A stretch of DNA of 64,000 bases, from assembly GCA_051362555.1 (NCBI GenBank), contig CM120641.1, positions 39,624,401 to 39,688,400 on the forward strand, read 5' to 3'. Below are positions 25,501 through 38,478 of the stretch, piece after piece. Both the position numbers and the translations under genes were made by a program. Every line of letters begins with the position of its first letter. Positions within the stretch are counted from its first letter, which is position 1. The notes under the pieces were generated by a model. The model had not been told where the DNA came from and did not search any database. It saw only the letters and a program-made list of their open reading frames with translations. The stretch is from Lingula anatina (taxonomy: Eukaryota > Animalia > Brachiopoda).

Positions 25501-28500
25501 TTATTTTGGCTTATTCAGAGCCTGTGGTCCAGTTTGAGAAAGGCCTGTACCATGTAAATGAGAGTGATGGCTTTTTGTATGCCACTCTCACAAGATCAGG
25601 TAGGTGTTTGATAAATAAGTTTCAATTAATATGATTGCAGTGATTCATTGTAAGTGACTTGCATGTCCTTCAAATATATTGAAAGTTAATTAATTCTCTT
25701 TCAGTAATGGTTGTCCCTTTTCTTTATATTATTTTTGTGGTTTTTTAACTATTTATTTTATTCAAATACTGTGAGAAGTGAGAAAGTAAGAATGTTTATA
25801 TGACTGATTACAGGTGACCTGAGCAGTAGTTCTTCAGTGGTCTGTTCCACGCTGTCTATGACTGCTATAGGGAGTGATGGCAGCAGACTGGAGTCTGGTG
25901 CCGATTTCAAAACCAGACAGCAGACGGATGCAAACCGGGTCGTCTTCTCTGCTGGGGAGACTGAAGCCTCCTGTGATGTTCAAGTGAGTGCCTCAGTTGA
26001 AAACAATTAGATTTTCAAATTTTTCTTGTACTCCCTCTTCCTATTCCTTTTCAACTTTTTAATGAGAACTGAAAAAAGAGATTGAATTTATATAAGATTT
26101 ATATGGAATGTTGAGCCATTTCTAATGTTCACATTTTTTTGCGGATTTTATTTTCAGATAATTGATGACAGTAATTATGAAACTTTGGAACAGTTTGAGA
26201 TAGTTCTGTCTGACCCATCCATGATGACAAAAGTTGGACCCATATCTAAAGCTATTGTTATTATTGATGGACCAAACGATGGTAAGTTGCAATATTGAGT
26301 TGGGCAAAATGCAAGACTATTATATTATGATTTAACATACGAGTTTCTAAATATTTGGGTCTGGTTTCTTGGTCTTTTAAGATGTTCTGCACTCTAAATT
26401 AAGTGAAGTGCATTCTGACATTTGACACATCTTTTGAAAATTGTGTACAATATTTATGTGAAAATGTGCAAAATATAGCATTGTTTTCATGTAGGATTTT
26501 TTTTATTAAACAGTACTCTGTTTTCAGAATCTCTGATCTCATTCGCTCATGAGAGTGCTTGGTTTGATGAAGATGCAGGTATTGTTGAGATTCCAGTGAT
26601 TCGTGATGGTTCAGACTTATCCCATAGTTCCATGGTGTGGTGTGCTACAAAAATGGTGAACCCACCGTCTGCTTCACCTGGACAGGACTACGTCCCAACA
26701 TCCAATCAGATAACATTTGGTCCTGGACAGAATGTACAGGTAGGAATGACCTTTTGCTTATTTTATACATTTTGTGCAACTGGTTGTTTTATATTTGTAG
26801 TTTATCTGTGCATTTTACCTAAAGTTCTTGGCTAATAGTGGCATACATCTTTAAGTTTTAATAAGAGGGTTTTTAATGAAAATTTTATAATGACCTTTGA
26901 GATGATTTAAATTGAGTTTTTGATTGTTTTGTTAACTGGTGATTTAGTTGTCTTGTTAAGTGAACAACATTCTTCGCATTTTGACAAGCATATATTATAA
27001 TCGCTTTTCCATGTTATTCTTCATTTATAATAAAATGCTTTACAGGTTTGCAAGCTGACAATATTAGATGATAATGCAGATCCCAGGGTAGAGGGAAATG
27101 AAACTTTTATTGTGTTCCTGAGTTCTGCAATGGGCAGCAGTCTGACTGAACCAATCAGTGCTCTGATCACTATTAATGATACAGATCTAGATAGTTAGTA
27201 TTACATTCCATCAATATTTTATTCTTTCCAAAAATGAAAAATTATGAGACTACTTCTAACTACATTTAATGCAAAATTGTGTTTGTTATAAATTTGATTT
27301 TTGAATTGATTTGATTTTTGTTATTTATATAAAATTCTATAACCAAAATTCAAGAAAATCTTTTGACTTGTATAGCTTCTTTCTTGCAAAGTATATGAAA
27401 CATTGGTTTGATAAAGTGCTTCTCCAAGACAAGTTTATATCTTCATTTAAGTGGAACATTATTAATTTCTTAAACAGTTCCAACAATGCAGTTTGAGAAG
27501 CTGTCCTATGTCATAGATGAAGAGGAAAAGTTCCTTGACATTCCTGTCATCAGGACTGGGGACTTGAGCTACTCTTCCTCTGTCATCTGCTTCACAAGGC
27601 AGAAAACTGCCCATGTCATGATGGACTTCCACGAAAGAACGAAGACGCAAGATTCTAGGATCACATTTTTTCCTGGAGAGCAGGTGCATATCAAGGACCA
27701 TCTGTATTACATATTTATTTAAATAGACATGACTTCAAATTTGATTATTGAAAATGATTAAAAAAGTGGTGAGGATATTGATTTGGTTTTTTTTTTTTTT
27801 TTGGGGGGGGAATGTTGCTTTGTAAGATATACACATTCAATTTATGTCTTGGTGTATATTATAAAATGTTCTGAGATAAAGGTGTGAAAGGGTTTCTCCA
27901 ATGCACAGTTTGTTGGGGTTTTTTTCCAAGTGCTACATATGAACATCTTAATACAATTTTCAGATGAAGAATTGTAGAATTGGGATAGTTGATGACACAG
28001 AATATGAACCAGATGAAATCTTTAAAGTCAAGCTGACGGATCCAGAAGGGACTGAGTTGTGTGGTGCAGCTGTAGGGGACAAGGACACTGCAACTATCAC
28101 TATCACTAACAAGGCAGATGGTAAGGATCAGGGCTTTGGTAAACCATAGTTTAAGGTATCCGTTGAAAATCAGCCCAAGCCTATCTTTGTAGCTGCACAA
28201 CACGAGACTCGGATCCCATTTGGCCCCACTGCGTAATAATTTAGCTCCCAAATTATATGTTTCATAATAATTCTTTAGAACTAGGATAAGTTGCTGTTTT
28301 AATAATACAATGATTACAGGGTATTGAAATAATAAGCATTTGGTACATTTGACATTTCTTAGCTCTGAAACATTATTCCTTAAAGTGAACTTATTTTACT
28401 AGGACAATATGATTTCTACCATTGGAAACATATCCAGTTTTGTTCTTCCAAAGGATGGAATGAATTTTGCTTGTTTCAGTTCCCACCATTCAAATAGAGT

Positions 28501-31500
28501 CTGCAGCTTATAGTGTCCATGAACCCAACTCTGTAGACAAGACGGCCATAGTTGTGGTCAAGATTCTCCGGACTGGTGACAACAATGGGACGTCCAGGGT
28601 GAGGGTCAGTACCAGGGATGGGTCAGCCATGTCAGGAATGGACTATAATCCCAAAAGCAAAATGGTGAAATTCAAGCCAGGTTTGTAGTCGCAAAAATTC
28701 TTAATCACTTCATCAAATTTGAGAATGAAGATGTATGATTTGGTTTTTCCATGCATTTGTTTAGCCTCATGGTTAGTGTCTTCTAAAATTAATAATGTCT
28801 ATGAACTTGTGAAATGTATTTTAAGATAATGTGATAAAAATCATGATTTTAAATATAAAAATTCACATTATTTTCAGGAGAGACGTCTGCTGAATTCAGT
28901 ATAGAAGTGCTGTACAATGAAGATGTCGAGTGGCATGAGACATTCATGGTAGTCCTTGGTCCAGAGGAACCATTTAAAGCTGTATTTGGAAAGGTCACCA
29001 TGGCAACAGTGACCATATTGGACCATGAAGTGTCTGGGAGTCTCATATTACCTGCACCACCTGTGGTAATATATCTTGATTTATAAGATTAAAAGGAAAG
29101 GTCATAGTAATGTAGTTTTTGTCCTTAGGTAATGTTTTTATGGGAATCCTTGGGCATCTTCGCAAAAATGTTAAATATTAATGTTTAAAGTTATATTTCT
29201 GCTCTGTTTGAAGTCTCAAAAAAGTTTGATTTTGTGTGAAAATTGTAAATTAGTCATAAACTGATTGTAAATAGTAAAGAGATTAGTGGTACACATTTAT
29301 GCTTGCCAGGTGGTCTCTCTTTTGGATTATGACAATGTAGAGGTTGGAATAGAAAATAACCCTAGTCCTGGTTACCCTATTATCTGTGTGACAGTAAGTA
29401 TACTATATGAGTTAAGAAAGTCTTAAGTACTGGTTATTTTGTGATGTGTGATGTGACTGCATAACAAGAGACAGACTTTTAGCTTAAAATAATTGTACCA
29501 TCTAAACAGAATAAGAAAGGGGTATATGATATAAAGAAATATTTACAGTGCATAGACTTGTCCAGTTTTAGCCAAGCAAGATTATATGTGTAGATATAAT
29601 ATATATAGATATAATATATATTTCCTCAGCCCTGTGACCTGCACTATCCCACCTACAGTATAACAGGCACCATGTGTAACCAAGCAGGAATTAACCAGTC
29701 TGCTGTCCATTATCGTTGGGAGGTTGCCATGCCAGTTGACCTTGATGGCACCACGGCGCCATTTGAGGCCATCACAGATAATACGTTGTTCACCTCCGTG
29801 GAGCACAGTGTGCTGGAGAGCATACACTTCCGTCCAGGGTTCCGCGTACGTTGTCTGGCACAGCCAGTGGACCACACTGGCAGTAAGGGGGTGCCTTTGC
29901 GGAGCGAGGTTGTTGTCATAGGAACCAACAATGGAATATGTCATAGTCCCATATCGACAGGAACTGCTCAGGGGCTGCAGGCACAGTCCTTCATAGCCAA
30001 CCTGAAATATGTCAGCCCTTCCGATGAAGACCATCCAAATCGCATACATATATCTATTCAAATTCCTCATCAGGATGGTATGCTACCTCTCATATCTACA
30101 TACCCATTGCATAATCTAAGGTTCTTATTAACAGAACCAGTCTATAGACAACAGCATGTGTGTTCTAACATGCTGACTAGTGAGGAAAGAAGTTCTCTCA
30201 CTCAATCTGGCTTCTTGGACCAGATGACAATACACAAGACTTTGATAGGGCCTGGTTTTGACAGGCCATACCAGTTTGATCTCAGGGTACGTGAACCAAA
30301 AGCTATCAATTTTTACAAACACTTGAATCTCAAGAGCTGCATCTGGACGTTTGATGCATGGTATCATATGACGGAGTTGATGGATATTTGCGGAGGAGCG
30401 GTTATCTCTGATTTCATGGTCCGTGATGCAGCACAAACCTACCTCACTATACGTGTACCCTTGTATGTGTCTTATATCTATACAATGGCCCCCACTGGTT
30501 GGGGCTCTCTTGAGCATAGGACAGAAATGGAGTTTTCTTTCTTTTATAATACTGTTTTGTGGAGGACTGGTTTGGAGACTGAGGGTCAGCTAAGTGGCAG
30601 ACTACAGGTTCTCAAGATAGTGATTGGTGAAGATGGGAAATTAATAGTGGATTTCAAGACTCAAGCAAAATTTAGAGGTAGTTTTCATGTACTCAATACA
30701 TGTTTGATCACTTGATTAAAATATTTTCTGCACATCCAGATTGAGGTTGCATTTTTGCTTTTATTTGTCAAGCAAAATTTCTTCCTTTTGATTTGTTTGT
30801 CAGTCAATTGATTTTAAATACAATACCATTTTGAAATTCATATTTCCTAAAGCTTGCACACTTCTCTCCAAACTCAAAAATGTTAACATTTTACCCTCAG
30901 AATATTCTAAAAATAAATTTAAACAACCCAAGCAGAGTCACAGATAACTATCAGCTCCATGATTTTTTGTTTGTTTTTTTTCCAGGTCAATATGTTTTAG
31001 AACACCATACTTTGCCAGGATTCAAGAGCCGTGTTTTGCCTCCAGATGATGTAGCCATTGACTTTGATTTGGCCCTAATCTGGAGCCAGCAGACATTTGA
31101 TGCCCCTGTCCAGCTGTGGAGGGCAACAAGCAAGTACAATCTCAAGGTATACTAGCATTGCCTTCTTTTGTGCATTATAAAAGATATAGGCTCTTTAAAA
31201 AAAAAGAAAATTTCTGTCCGTGAATGTTCTGTTTCTTTTCATACTTATCTTCTTCTCATACTTAACTGGTAAAAGCCGGAGAGGTAGTGAAGTGTCTTAA
31301 TATATAAGATTACTATCACTGCAAAATTAACCATTTGAAGTGAAACCCTTTAATAAATAACTGGCTGATCACAGACTTATTATCCTAGCCCTGTGGTATT
31401 CTTTTCTTCTCAGGACTATTCTGGAGAGTACACTATTGATCTCCTCCCCTGTGCAGTGAAGTCCACCCAGTCCTACAGTCACACCAGAGACTTGCCTGTA

Positions 31501-34184
31501 CTCTGCACAGCACACCACCCAGAAAGGTAACAAAAATGTGGTATACTTGGATTTTTTATACATGTTTATATATTTGTTTGTTTGTTTGTTTGTTTGTTTG
31601 TTTGTTTGTTTGTTTGTTTGTTTATGAATTTTTGTATAAAATGAGATCTGAAATGAGTGTCTCATAATAATGAGTTTTGAAATGTGCAGTACATTTCAAA
31701 TACTGCATGCCCACCCTGGATGTATTTTACCATATCATGTGAGTGTTTTTTTTTTTTTCTATTTTTATTTTGCCAACATAGCAAAATAAAGTACAAGATT
31801 CATTTGGTATTTATTTTACTTTTCAGGTTTTTGGTCCCTATCAGTTTCCAGCAGACCAATCGCCCAGTTCCAGTTGCATATTCTCTCAACACACAGTTCC
31901 AGTTGACAAACAATGAGAAAATGTTTCTTCTAGATCCCAAACAACCTGAAATCAATATGAATGAACTGGACTATAATGGAGCTTTTACTAAAGGTAAGCT
32001 TTACCATCCCCAAAAGCTTTTGACAAGTGATCAATATTTTTAAGTTTATCTATGTTACATGAACAAATTTGTATCTTTGTCTCAGTTGAAGGGAATTGTG
32101 ATTTATTTGGTAAATGATTACATTTTTGTACTGCTCACACCATAGTTTCCAAGCTACAGTTCTGTAAGGTTAAAATTCTTTGGAGTATTTGTGTGGTCAA
32201 AATGCATGATCAGTTGATAAAAAAATATGCTCTTTTATATGGATTGTTCAACAGGTTGAATGTCTGGCATACATCTAGGTATACATGACTCATTAGGTCC
32301 TAAATATGTTTTTTAGTGTTTGTTTGCCAGCTTTTCTCTCTTGCTGTAGTATCACATTAGAGACACTTTATGGTATATGAACCTGTATTCTATTCAATAT
32401 CAGCTAAAAGAACATTAGCTGTCTATTTGCCTTTATATAATCCTGGTGACATTGAACTGCAGGTCAGACTATCTATGGGCGTGTGCTGTGGAACCCAGAA
32501 CAAGACTTAGACACTGCATATGAACTCAGAATAGAGAAAGTTTATATCTGCACAGGTGAGTGACCTTCGGATGAGAAGATTTTCTTTTCCAAAACATTTG
32601 ATCAAGATGATGTATATGTTATCATAGGCTCTGTGATTACAGTACTTTTAAGTTTAACTTGAAAGCTTGTGGCTTTGCTTTCTTGAGTTTAAAGCTTAAA
32701 GTCCATTTTGACTTTTGTGTATTTAAACACTCGTTGTTGTTCTCCAGGCAAAGATGGATATGTCCCTACATATGACCCTCTGGGAGATATCTACAATGAA
32801 GGACCACAGTATGGGTGCATCCAACCAAGTCCTTATCTCAAGTATAGATTTTTAATACTGGTAAGTTATCAGGAAATAATACAATATGCCAATACATCAT
32901 CTCATTATTATTTATATAGTGTTCACTGAAATTAATACTCATGAAAAAAGTTTCTAATTTTCTTCCCAGTGATTGTTATAGTTACAGAGAGATGTGTAAG
33001 TTTAGCCATGCAGTTATCAAAATTTCAACAGTTTATCACTTACTCAGTACATACTTAGTTAACATTACAATTCTTTTTATTCATTTAATTTCAAGGACCG
33101 GGGTAATCCAGAGGCTGCAGTGATGTCATTCAATAATGTAGATTTTGGTGCTGAGCTGGCCAGTGAGAACCTCAAGTATATATCACTGGTCAACATGCCT
33201 GGAGTGGATGGCTTCATCCTCAAAGTGGACCCTCTGTACAAAGTAGGTGGAAATACAAAAACATGTTGATCTTTTGTATATGCTTCAAAAATCCTTGATG
33301 TTATTTTGTCATCATAAAATATATTTGTAGTTCTCTGTCCTTCTTATCAGAGTGACTGTAAAATGTTCATAAAGTAAAGTTTATTACCCAGATGTGTAAA
33401 TGAGGCCCAATGCATTGGTTGTTTACACATATACATATATAAAAGGGGCCATGTATTTACTGCTTACAAGATTCCCACTTACTTCTGGTCTTATTTATGT
33501 TGTTCATTTTAACATGACTTTTTTTTTATTCCCCACTTTATGCCTCCCCACCCTTTCTCTCTTTTATTATGCTTTACTGCAGTTTCCCACTGAATATATG
33601 CTGATCATATCTTAACTTGATACTTTCAGGTTGATTCAGGACATCAGTGGTACCTCCAAGTCATTTATGTTATAGGCCCCGCAGACAGGTTACACAGATA
33701 CCAAAGAGATATCACTCCAGCTATTACCAAGAGAGATCTCAGGAAAGCAACAGACGATGTGTGGATGAAAAATAGTCAGCAGAAAAACGGAACGAATATA
33801 ATGTTTCTGAGACTCAATATGAGCGGTTATGAAGCCTTTTCTCTATCTTCTGACGAGGCAGAGTTTAATTATTTGGTTCCAGTTGTACCAGCAGTCTGTG
33901 TGTTTTTACTCATCTTAGTAATATTGATAGTTGTTCTCAGAAGACGTGCAAAGAGAAAGAAGCAACACAGTGAACACTCTGCAAATGCTCAGATTAAGCT
34001 TGCAAATAATGACAATATTGAGAACGTGTACAGAGACCTCCCTAAGCCAGTACATATAAGAAGCAATAATCTGGACAGACCAAGTAATTTAGTACTCACC
34101 TCAAAAGGAGCCCAAGTGAAAATAAAGGACACAAACTTAAAGAAATCTCATAAAAATGTGAACACAGTAGGCACGGAGGTGTGA
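1079..34184 (+). CDS. FRAS1: Extracellular matrix protein FRAS1-like (VWC x6, CSPG repeats, Calx-beta x5, TM, PDZ ligand); 5'-partial, 55 exons in window
   Basis: Phase-compatible exons read manually: 1079-1186, 2550-2639, 5123-5282, 6948-7081, 8536-8619, 9022-9126, 10891-10948, 11155-11288, 11606-11692, 12279-12387, 13668-13772, 14091-14281, 14585-14735, 15044-15225, 15402-15530, 15775-16030, 16294-16403, 16683-16839, 17028-17234, 17474-17651, 17910-18072, 18294-18426, 18711-18898, 19195-19348, 19594-19676, 19949-20129, 20414-20602, 20874-20993, 21256-21435, 21743-21867, 22202-22342, 22869-23117, 23394-23486, 23703-23853, 24100-24323, 24636-24743, 25066-25231, 25519-25599, 25814-25983, 26158-26281, 26528-26739, 27046-27193, 27478-27683, 27964-28120, 28480-28680, 28878-29065, 29310-29393, 29630-30677, 30986-31146, 31414-31526, 31827-31993, 32463-32555, 32748-32860, 33096-33242, 33630-34184. 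N-terminal VWC domains plus the GTEV terminus point to FRAS1 rather than FREM2/ECM3. Confidence 0.93.
2791..3019. mobile_element. MITE copy A (about 230 bp; second copy at 22379-22611)
   Basis: Ends ATCGTTTCAATGGG ... CCCATTGAAAAGA form an imperfect TIR; the interior (TTATCAAACTTTCAGATACATAATTTTATAATC...TTGTTGCTACCACTCAA) aligns with 22379-22611. Confidence 0.75.
7058..7460 (+). repeat. 47-bp minisatellite, 9 copies, spanning an exon end and its 5' splice site
   Basis: Unit TGTCCAGATCTCAGGTGTGAYCAG|GTGAGT...; copy 1 supplies the end of exon 6948-7081; two unit subtypes largely alternate. Confidence 0.92.
9209..10791. mobile_element. Non-autonomous DNA transposon, hAT-like, with 17-bp TIR and 6-bp TSD
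   Basis: Starts CAGACTTTACGAAAGGC (9209-9225), ends GCCTTTCGTAAAGTCTG (10775-10791), flanked by CTTTAT on both sides (9203-9208, 10792-10797); clustered subterminal TCAGAC/TCCGAC motifs; CpG-richer than the host intron; no transposase ORF. Confidence 0.85.
12304..12699 (+). repeat. 98-bp tandem repeat, 4 copies, comprising most of a VWC exon plus its donor site
   Basis: Units start at 12304, 12402, 12500 and 12598; each reads CATGCAGGTTATGTGTTTGTGTCCAGGG...CAAG|GTGAGTACTGGTAA with few substitutions. Confidence 0.93.
13478..13529 (+). repeat. (GAT)n microsatellite
   Basis: Imperfect GAT run in a FRAS1 intron. Confidence 0.85.
18887..19135 (+). repeat. 24-bp minisatellite, about 10 degenerate copies, spanning an exon end and donor
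   Basis: Unit ATATCCATACTG|GTAAGTGATAAC; copy 1 is the end of exon 18711-18898. Confidence 0.88.
22379..22611. mobile_element. MITE copy B (same family as 2791-3019)
   Basis: AATCTTTTCAATG ... CATCGAAAAGATT terminal inverted repeat; interior colinear with copy A. Confidence 0.75.
24230..29030 (+). other. FRAS1 exons encoding five Calx-beta domains
   Basis: Motifs IVINDDSIFEGPETFYVELS, IIDDSNYETLEQFEIVLS, ILDDNADPRVEGNETFIVFLS, IVDDTEYEPDEIFKVKLT, VLYNEDVEWHETFMVVLG. Confidence 0.9.
31573..31623 (+). repeat. (TTTG)n microsatellite
   Basis: Perfect tetranucleotide run in an intron. Confidence 0.9.
33630..34184 (+). CDS. FRAS1: FRAS1 last coding exon: TM helix, basic stop-transfer and PDZ-binding tail
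   Basis: VDSGHQWYLQVIY...; hydrophobic YLVPVVPAVCVFLLILVILIVVL followed by RRRAKRKK; ends GTEV-stop, the GRIP-binding type of terminus known for FRAS1. Confidence 0.9.
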   Translation, partial: VDSGHQWYLQVIYVIGPADRLHRYQRDITPAITKRDLRKATDDVWMKNSQQKNGTNIMFLRLNMSGYEAFSLSSDEAEFNYLVPVVPAVCVFLLILVILIVVLRRRAKRKKQHSEHSANAQIKLANNDNIENVYRDLPKPVHIRSNNLDRPSNLVLTSKGAQVKIKDTNLKKSHKNVNTVGTEV

Positions 34185-34280
34185 CACTGACGTAAGAATG
34201 TCTCTAATTTTACCAGCATGCATTTCAACACAGGGTTAATCCTTCAGGATAGGAGTTCCCCTTGCTTTATATGCATATCT

Positions 34281-34284
<4 letters not shown>

Positions 34285-34317
<33 letters not shown>
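34285..34317 (+). repeat. (GAT)n microsatellite in the FRAS1 3'UTR
   Basis: Perfect GAT run about 100 bp after the stop. Confidence 0.85.
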
Positions 34318-35163
34318 ATTATGCAGAAATTTTCAATACTGATTTGTTCTAGAAATCACCTATCTTTGGTGGAATACTTTCGTTAAAGATAAGAATTTTT
34401 TAGTAAATACACATTTTCAGGTATAAAGCAGAAATTATGTGAGTTTATAATTTACATGCAGCTAGTGACATAATATCTGCTTGTGCATAAACACCAGTGC
34501 AGTATTGTAAATTTGTTCCTCTATAGAATTTTTTTACTGGAACAATTGATGATTTCTTTTTTTAGATTAAAGTTATGGCTGTAGATTTAATTTTACAAAA
34601 CTGACAAGAAAAGCAAAAAAGGAAAAGATAATATTAAAGTCAGTTTTTGAGAACATTGTTTTGTTTTTTTACAGACTCATTTTTTTTCCGTACACTGATA
34701 ACAAAATACATGTATGCAGGATAATAGCACGGTTATCTTTAACTCTTACATGTACTATCCACCTTCCAATTGCAGAGTATAGTTCTTGCTAACTATTTTA
34801 GTATTGTTCAAGTCACATTTGTGACAAGGTCAACTTGTGGATATTTTTACCTTACCACTGAACTTATAGACACTTTTTCTTACAATTATGAATAGCAAAA
34901 CAAAATTTGCATTTCTAAATTACAGAACTTTCCTACAAATCCTCTCTTTTATGTATTAACATTAAGTTATCCCAAAATTGCATTTACTAGCTACAGTACT
35001 CAGATTTTGTGGTTTAAAGTGTATTGTTATTTTAAGAACAGTTGCTGATTTGTTATTATTATTTATTGCTGAGGACAATTGACAAGAATGATTTTTGATG
35101 CAGACTCTGGATATTTTATATTTAATATTTTGTATATTATACTACAAATAATGAATAACATTT

Positions 35164-35169
35164 AATAAA
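35164..35169 (+). terminator. Candidate polyadenylation signal of FRAS1
   Basis: AATAAA about 1 kb after the stop codon, followed by a T-rich tract. Confidence 0.4.
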
Positions 35170-35439
35170 TAGATAAAAACATGGGATTTTTTGTTCTTAA
35201 ATATTGATTAAGATGTCCATTTTAGTAGGGATAATTTTAGGGATTTGTTTTACATATTACTTGTATGAATTTTTACCTTACGCCTTTTCACTCAGTGGTA
35301 TTATGCAGGCTCCAATGCTATTTGCTGTTTTTCAAAGACTTGTTGCACATTTTATATTGAAGCATTAGCAATACATACTCCATGGAAAAACTGAATATAT
35401 TAAGATGTTACGAGCTAAAGCTGTGTAAATCATTATACA

Positions 35440-35820
35440 TACCACGGGGCTGATATCAAAACAAAAGGATTGCAGGGACCGATACAATGAATGAGACGGA
35501 GTGACTGCCACGTGCGGAAGATGGGCAGGAAATCGGCCAATTACTCAGAAAACCACTAACGCAAACGAAGATGATTGGACGGTGACCGCAATTAGGCAGT
35601 AAACGCGGGGAAAGTCCATTTTTTGATATCACCTCATGCGCGGTGATATCAGCGTGTTCTATTCAAAGTTAGGGATTTTGGGTGGAGAACACGCACGATT
35701 TCCCTTTGTATGTATGACAAATAATGCACTGTTACCCCCTCGCCCGATATCCACGATAGCATGCCTCGCTGGCGCTCGGCCTGCTATCGTGATATCGGGC
35801 TCGTGGACAGTGCATTATTT
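35440..35820. mobile_element. CpG-rich interspersed repeat fragment ending in a hairpin of about 100 bp
   Basis: AAATAATGCACTGT...GCCCGATATCCACGATAGCA (35719-35761) pairs with TGCTATCGTGATATCGGGC...ACAGTGCATTATTT (35782-35820); repeated GATATC motifs; non-coding. Confidence 0.55.
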
Positions 35821-36544
35821 ACTACATAATGCATGCTACACTTATGAATTCCTGTGTACTAACACATACAATTTGTTACATATACATGGATCAAGCTATA
35901 CACATATTTTCAGTAATAAAATTCTACTTTCTTTTTACTCTTTTCTAATGAGGCTTCACAGTTTGGCAAAGTTAACTTATGCTAAAGATACTATGAGTAG
36001 AACATAGAGTGAAAAAAATTTTGGAACTCCCTTATTTCCATTTATTGCATGAACCAATATATTTTTATGAAATGTAAAAAATATTTTATTTTAAATTAAA
36101 TTAAGATATTTTAAATTAAATTAAGATAATTCTATACCTCTTTTATTAATTTACAAGAGTGACCTTGACTTCTTAAAAGTTAACAAAAATATCACTGCCT
36201 TTTAAATATTTAAACTGTAAACTTACTCACACACACACACACACACACACGCACACACATGACTTGAGGTTTTAAAAAAGCTTACAAAAAGGGGTGTTGA
36301 CATTTTGTTTTCAGTACTTCGTATATTGCAACCCATTACACGAGAACGCTTATTCAAATCACTCATTTGAAAAGGAATATTCAAAAGATACAGTTATAAC
36401 GACAAAGAAAAAAAGAAATAAAAAAAAGAAAACTAACAGGGAAAAGGTGTGCTGTGAGCATAGGGCTAGATTAACAGTCCAGTTAAGCGGTCACTTCAGT
36501 TTTTCATTTATGTCCAGAATTAATTGCCTTTGTTCTTTGTGTAT

Positions 36545-36785
36545 GCTAAAATGGGCGTGGTCTTTTTATCACTGACCAATGGTGTAAAAAGACTTCGATG
36601 TTAAACTTTTGCCCTTTCTGAAACAAGTATTTGGGTCAAGGTCGCATAATGGTGGTGATCGGTTATGCTAAAGCGCCCAATTTGCAGTATTTTAACCGCA
36701 TTTTCTACCGCATTACAGTCAGATATTAGTCTCACAGTCCCGTGGTGGGGCAGAGATCGAGCATCTAAGCTGACACCAGAGAGAG
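36545..36785 (+). promoter_or_regulatory. Putative promoter and non-coding first exon of the 38479-39642 gene
   Basis: GC-box GGGCGTGG (36553-36560), CCAAT (36576-36580), locally CpG-rich, donor GAG|GTATGT at 36785/36786; matching acceptor TTCTATTTCCAG at 38437, 41 nt before the ATG. Confidence 0.5.
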
Positions 36786-38478
36786 GTATGTAATCCAGAG
36801 ACAGAAAAACGTCTTGAGTTGACCTACTTTGTCCCTTGTTTCTGACGAAGTTAAAACTCGCAATTCTGTGTGGGTTGTTCCTAACAATATTGTTGTTATT
36901 TCACCATTGTTGCCCTATGACTTCTTTTGTCTTGTCTGCCTCGTGATTCATGTTATTATGAAATGCCATGTTATAGAAGAGTCATGTTAGGTAAGAGCGG
37001 AAATAAAGACAAAACAGTATCGAGGACGTAAACATCATTTTCCTGTTATTGGTAATTTGGTTGATGTACATGTAAGTTATGTATAATTACTTAATATTTT
37101 GTCATTTCAACATATTCTGATCTGTGAAAAAGTAACTGTTTATTTTAAAGGCATCAGGAAGTATCTTTTAAATGCTGATGTATCCACCAGATTTTTAGCC
37201 AATTCATGGTTGAAAAAAAATTCACATCACACCTTAAATAAAAATTTATTGCCATAGCCTTAATAAAATCTTCACAAATTTAGATTGGTCACGGACAATG
37301 TGTCTATTAAAAGCTTTCTGAAATACCAAATACCACAATTGCTATAATTGATATTCAGATTAACCCACTGTTGAACAAGTAACAATGAGCCCTACTTTTT
37401 GTAAGTTGATAGAATGAAAATACTACAGAAATGTGCAGAAAATTGATAAGAAATAGATAAGTTGATGTTTTCATATTAGGTGTTTAATGTTACCAGTATT
37501 ATAATTTTTATGTAATTATTCAGTAATGTGTCTATCTTTGTGTTGATTTAAAACAATAAAAATCCCCTCGAATATATAAAATACAGTATCTGCATTTATA
37601 TTTCTTGTTGCAATGTATAAGTATAAGTAACTCTAAGCTTTTGTTATCATATTTACACCTTTCTATTTTGGGGTAAGAGCAATCGGCATGGGGCCTAACT
37701 TCATCCTTGCACAAGATTTTATCACGAAAATTGGCAAAGTTGAGCACAAGTCAGCGGGCTACAATCCTGTGGCGTCATTTTGGTTTAAATGTTTTGTTTA
37801 TGGAGTTATGAGCCCCTAATTACAGATTTTCATTAAACAAAGGGATTTATTTTGCTTTATCAATGTTTTAAAAAATCTGAACCAAGGCTTTTAAGAACTG
37901 CTGGCAGGGTTTTGGAGTACTAAATGGTGTCATTAAATTGGCTTGAAAATGGTGTTCGTGAGTGCGTTGCCCATTAGATGACATGTGTGTAAATGTTAAT
38001 TAATTAAGTCACTGAACACTGAAGATCTATCTATCCATAAGAATGTATGTAATGCTGTAAATAAAGAGTTTTTGTCAAAAGCTAACAATATTCTAAAGTC
38101 ATAGAGGTAATTCACTACATGTACATAAAATTTTGAATTGCGAGTCTTTAGTTTTGGTTGGTTGTGGGATTTGTAGAATAATTTATTTTTTAGGTAGCTA
38201 CAATTATATTATAATGCATAACCCTAATATCAGTTGCAATTAAAACCAATTGGACTACTGTAGTTGTCTGCCAATGCCTTGCAAGCTGTCTTTAATTATA
38301 TAACAAAAAAACCTATCCTATTTTTATGCTACATGTGTTGTTAAACTTTCATTTATGAAGGTACCAGTAAATTCTCGTGTTCTTTATGTATGCCTTATGG
38401 GTGTTTACTATTTTATATCATTTCATTCTATTTCCAGGTTTTCATACAACACATTTCTCATTGAGCAGTGTTCAAACA

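Noticed and set aside
29582-30517. Antisense ORFs of 162 and 129 aa over the long FRAS1 exon, and similar antisense ORFs over other exons
   Set aside because: Expected shadows of coding sequence with no independent features.
14585-34184. Calling the gene FREM2/ECM3
   Set aside because: In-frame upstream VWC exons and the GTEV terminus fit FRAS1; FREM2-type genes lack VWC domains.
38377-38478. Hydrophobic N-terminal extension of the 421-aa ORF as a signal peptide
   Set aside because: It starts at GTG and runs through a polypyrimidine tract and acceptor (38437), so it is largely intron sequence; the likely start is ATG 38479.
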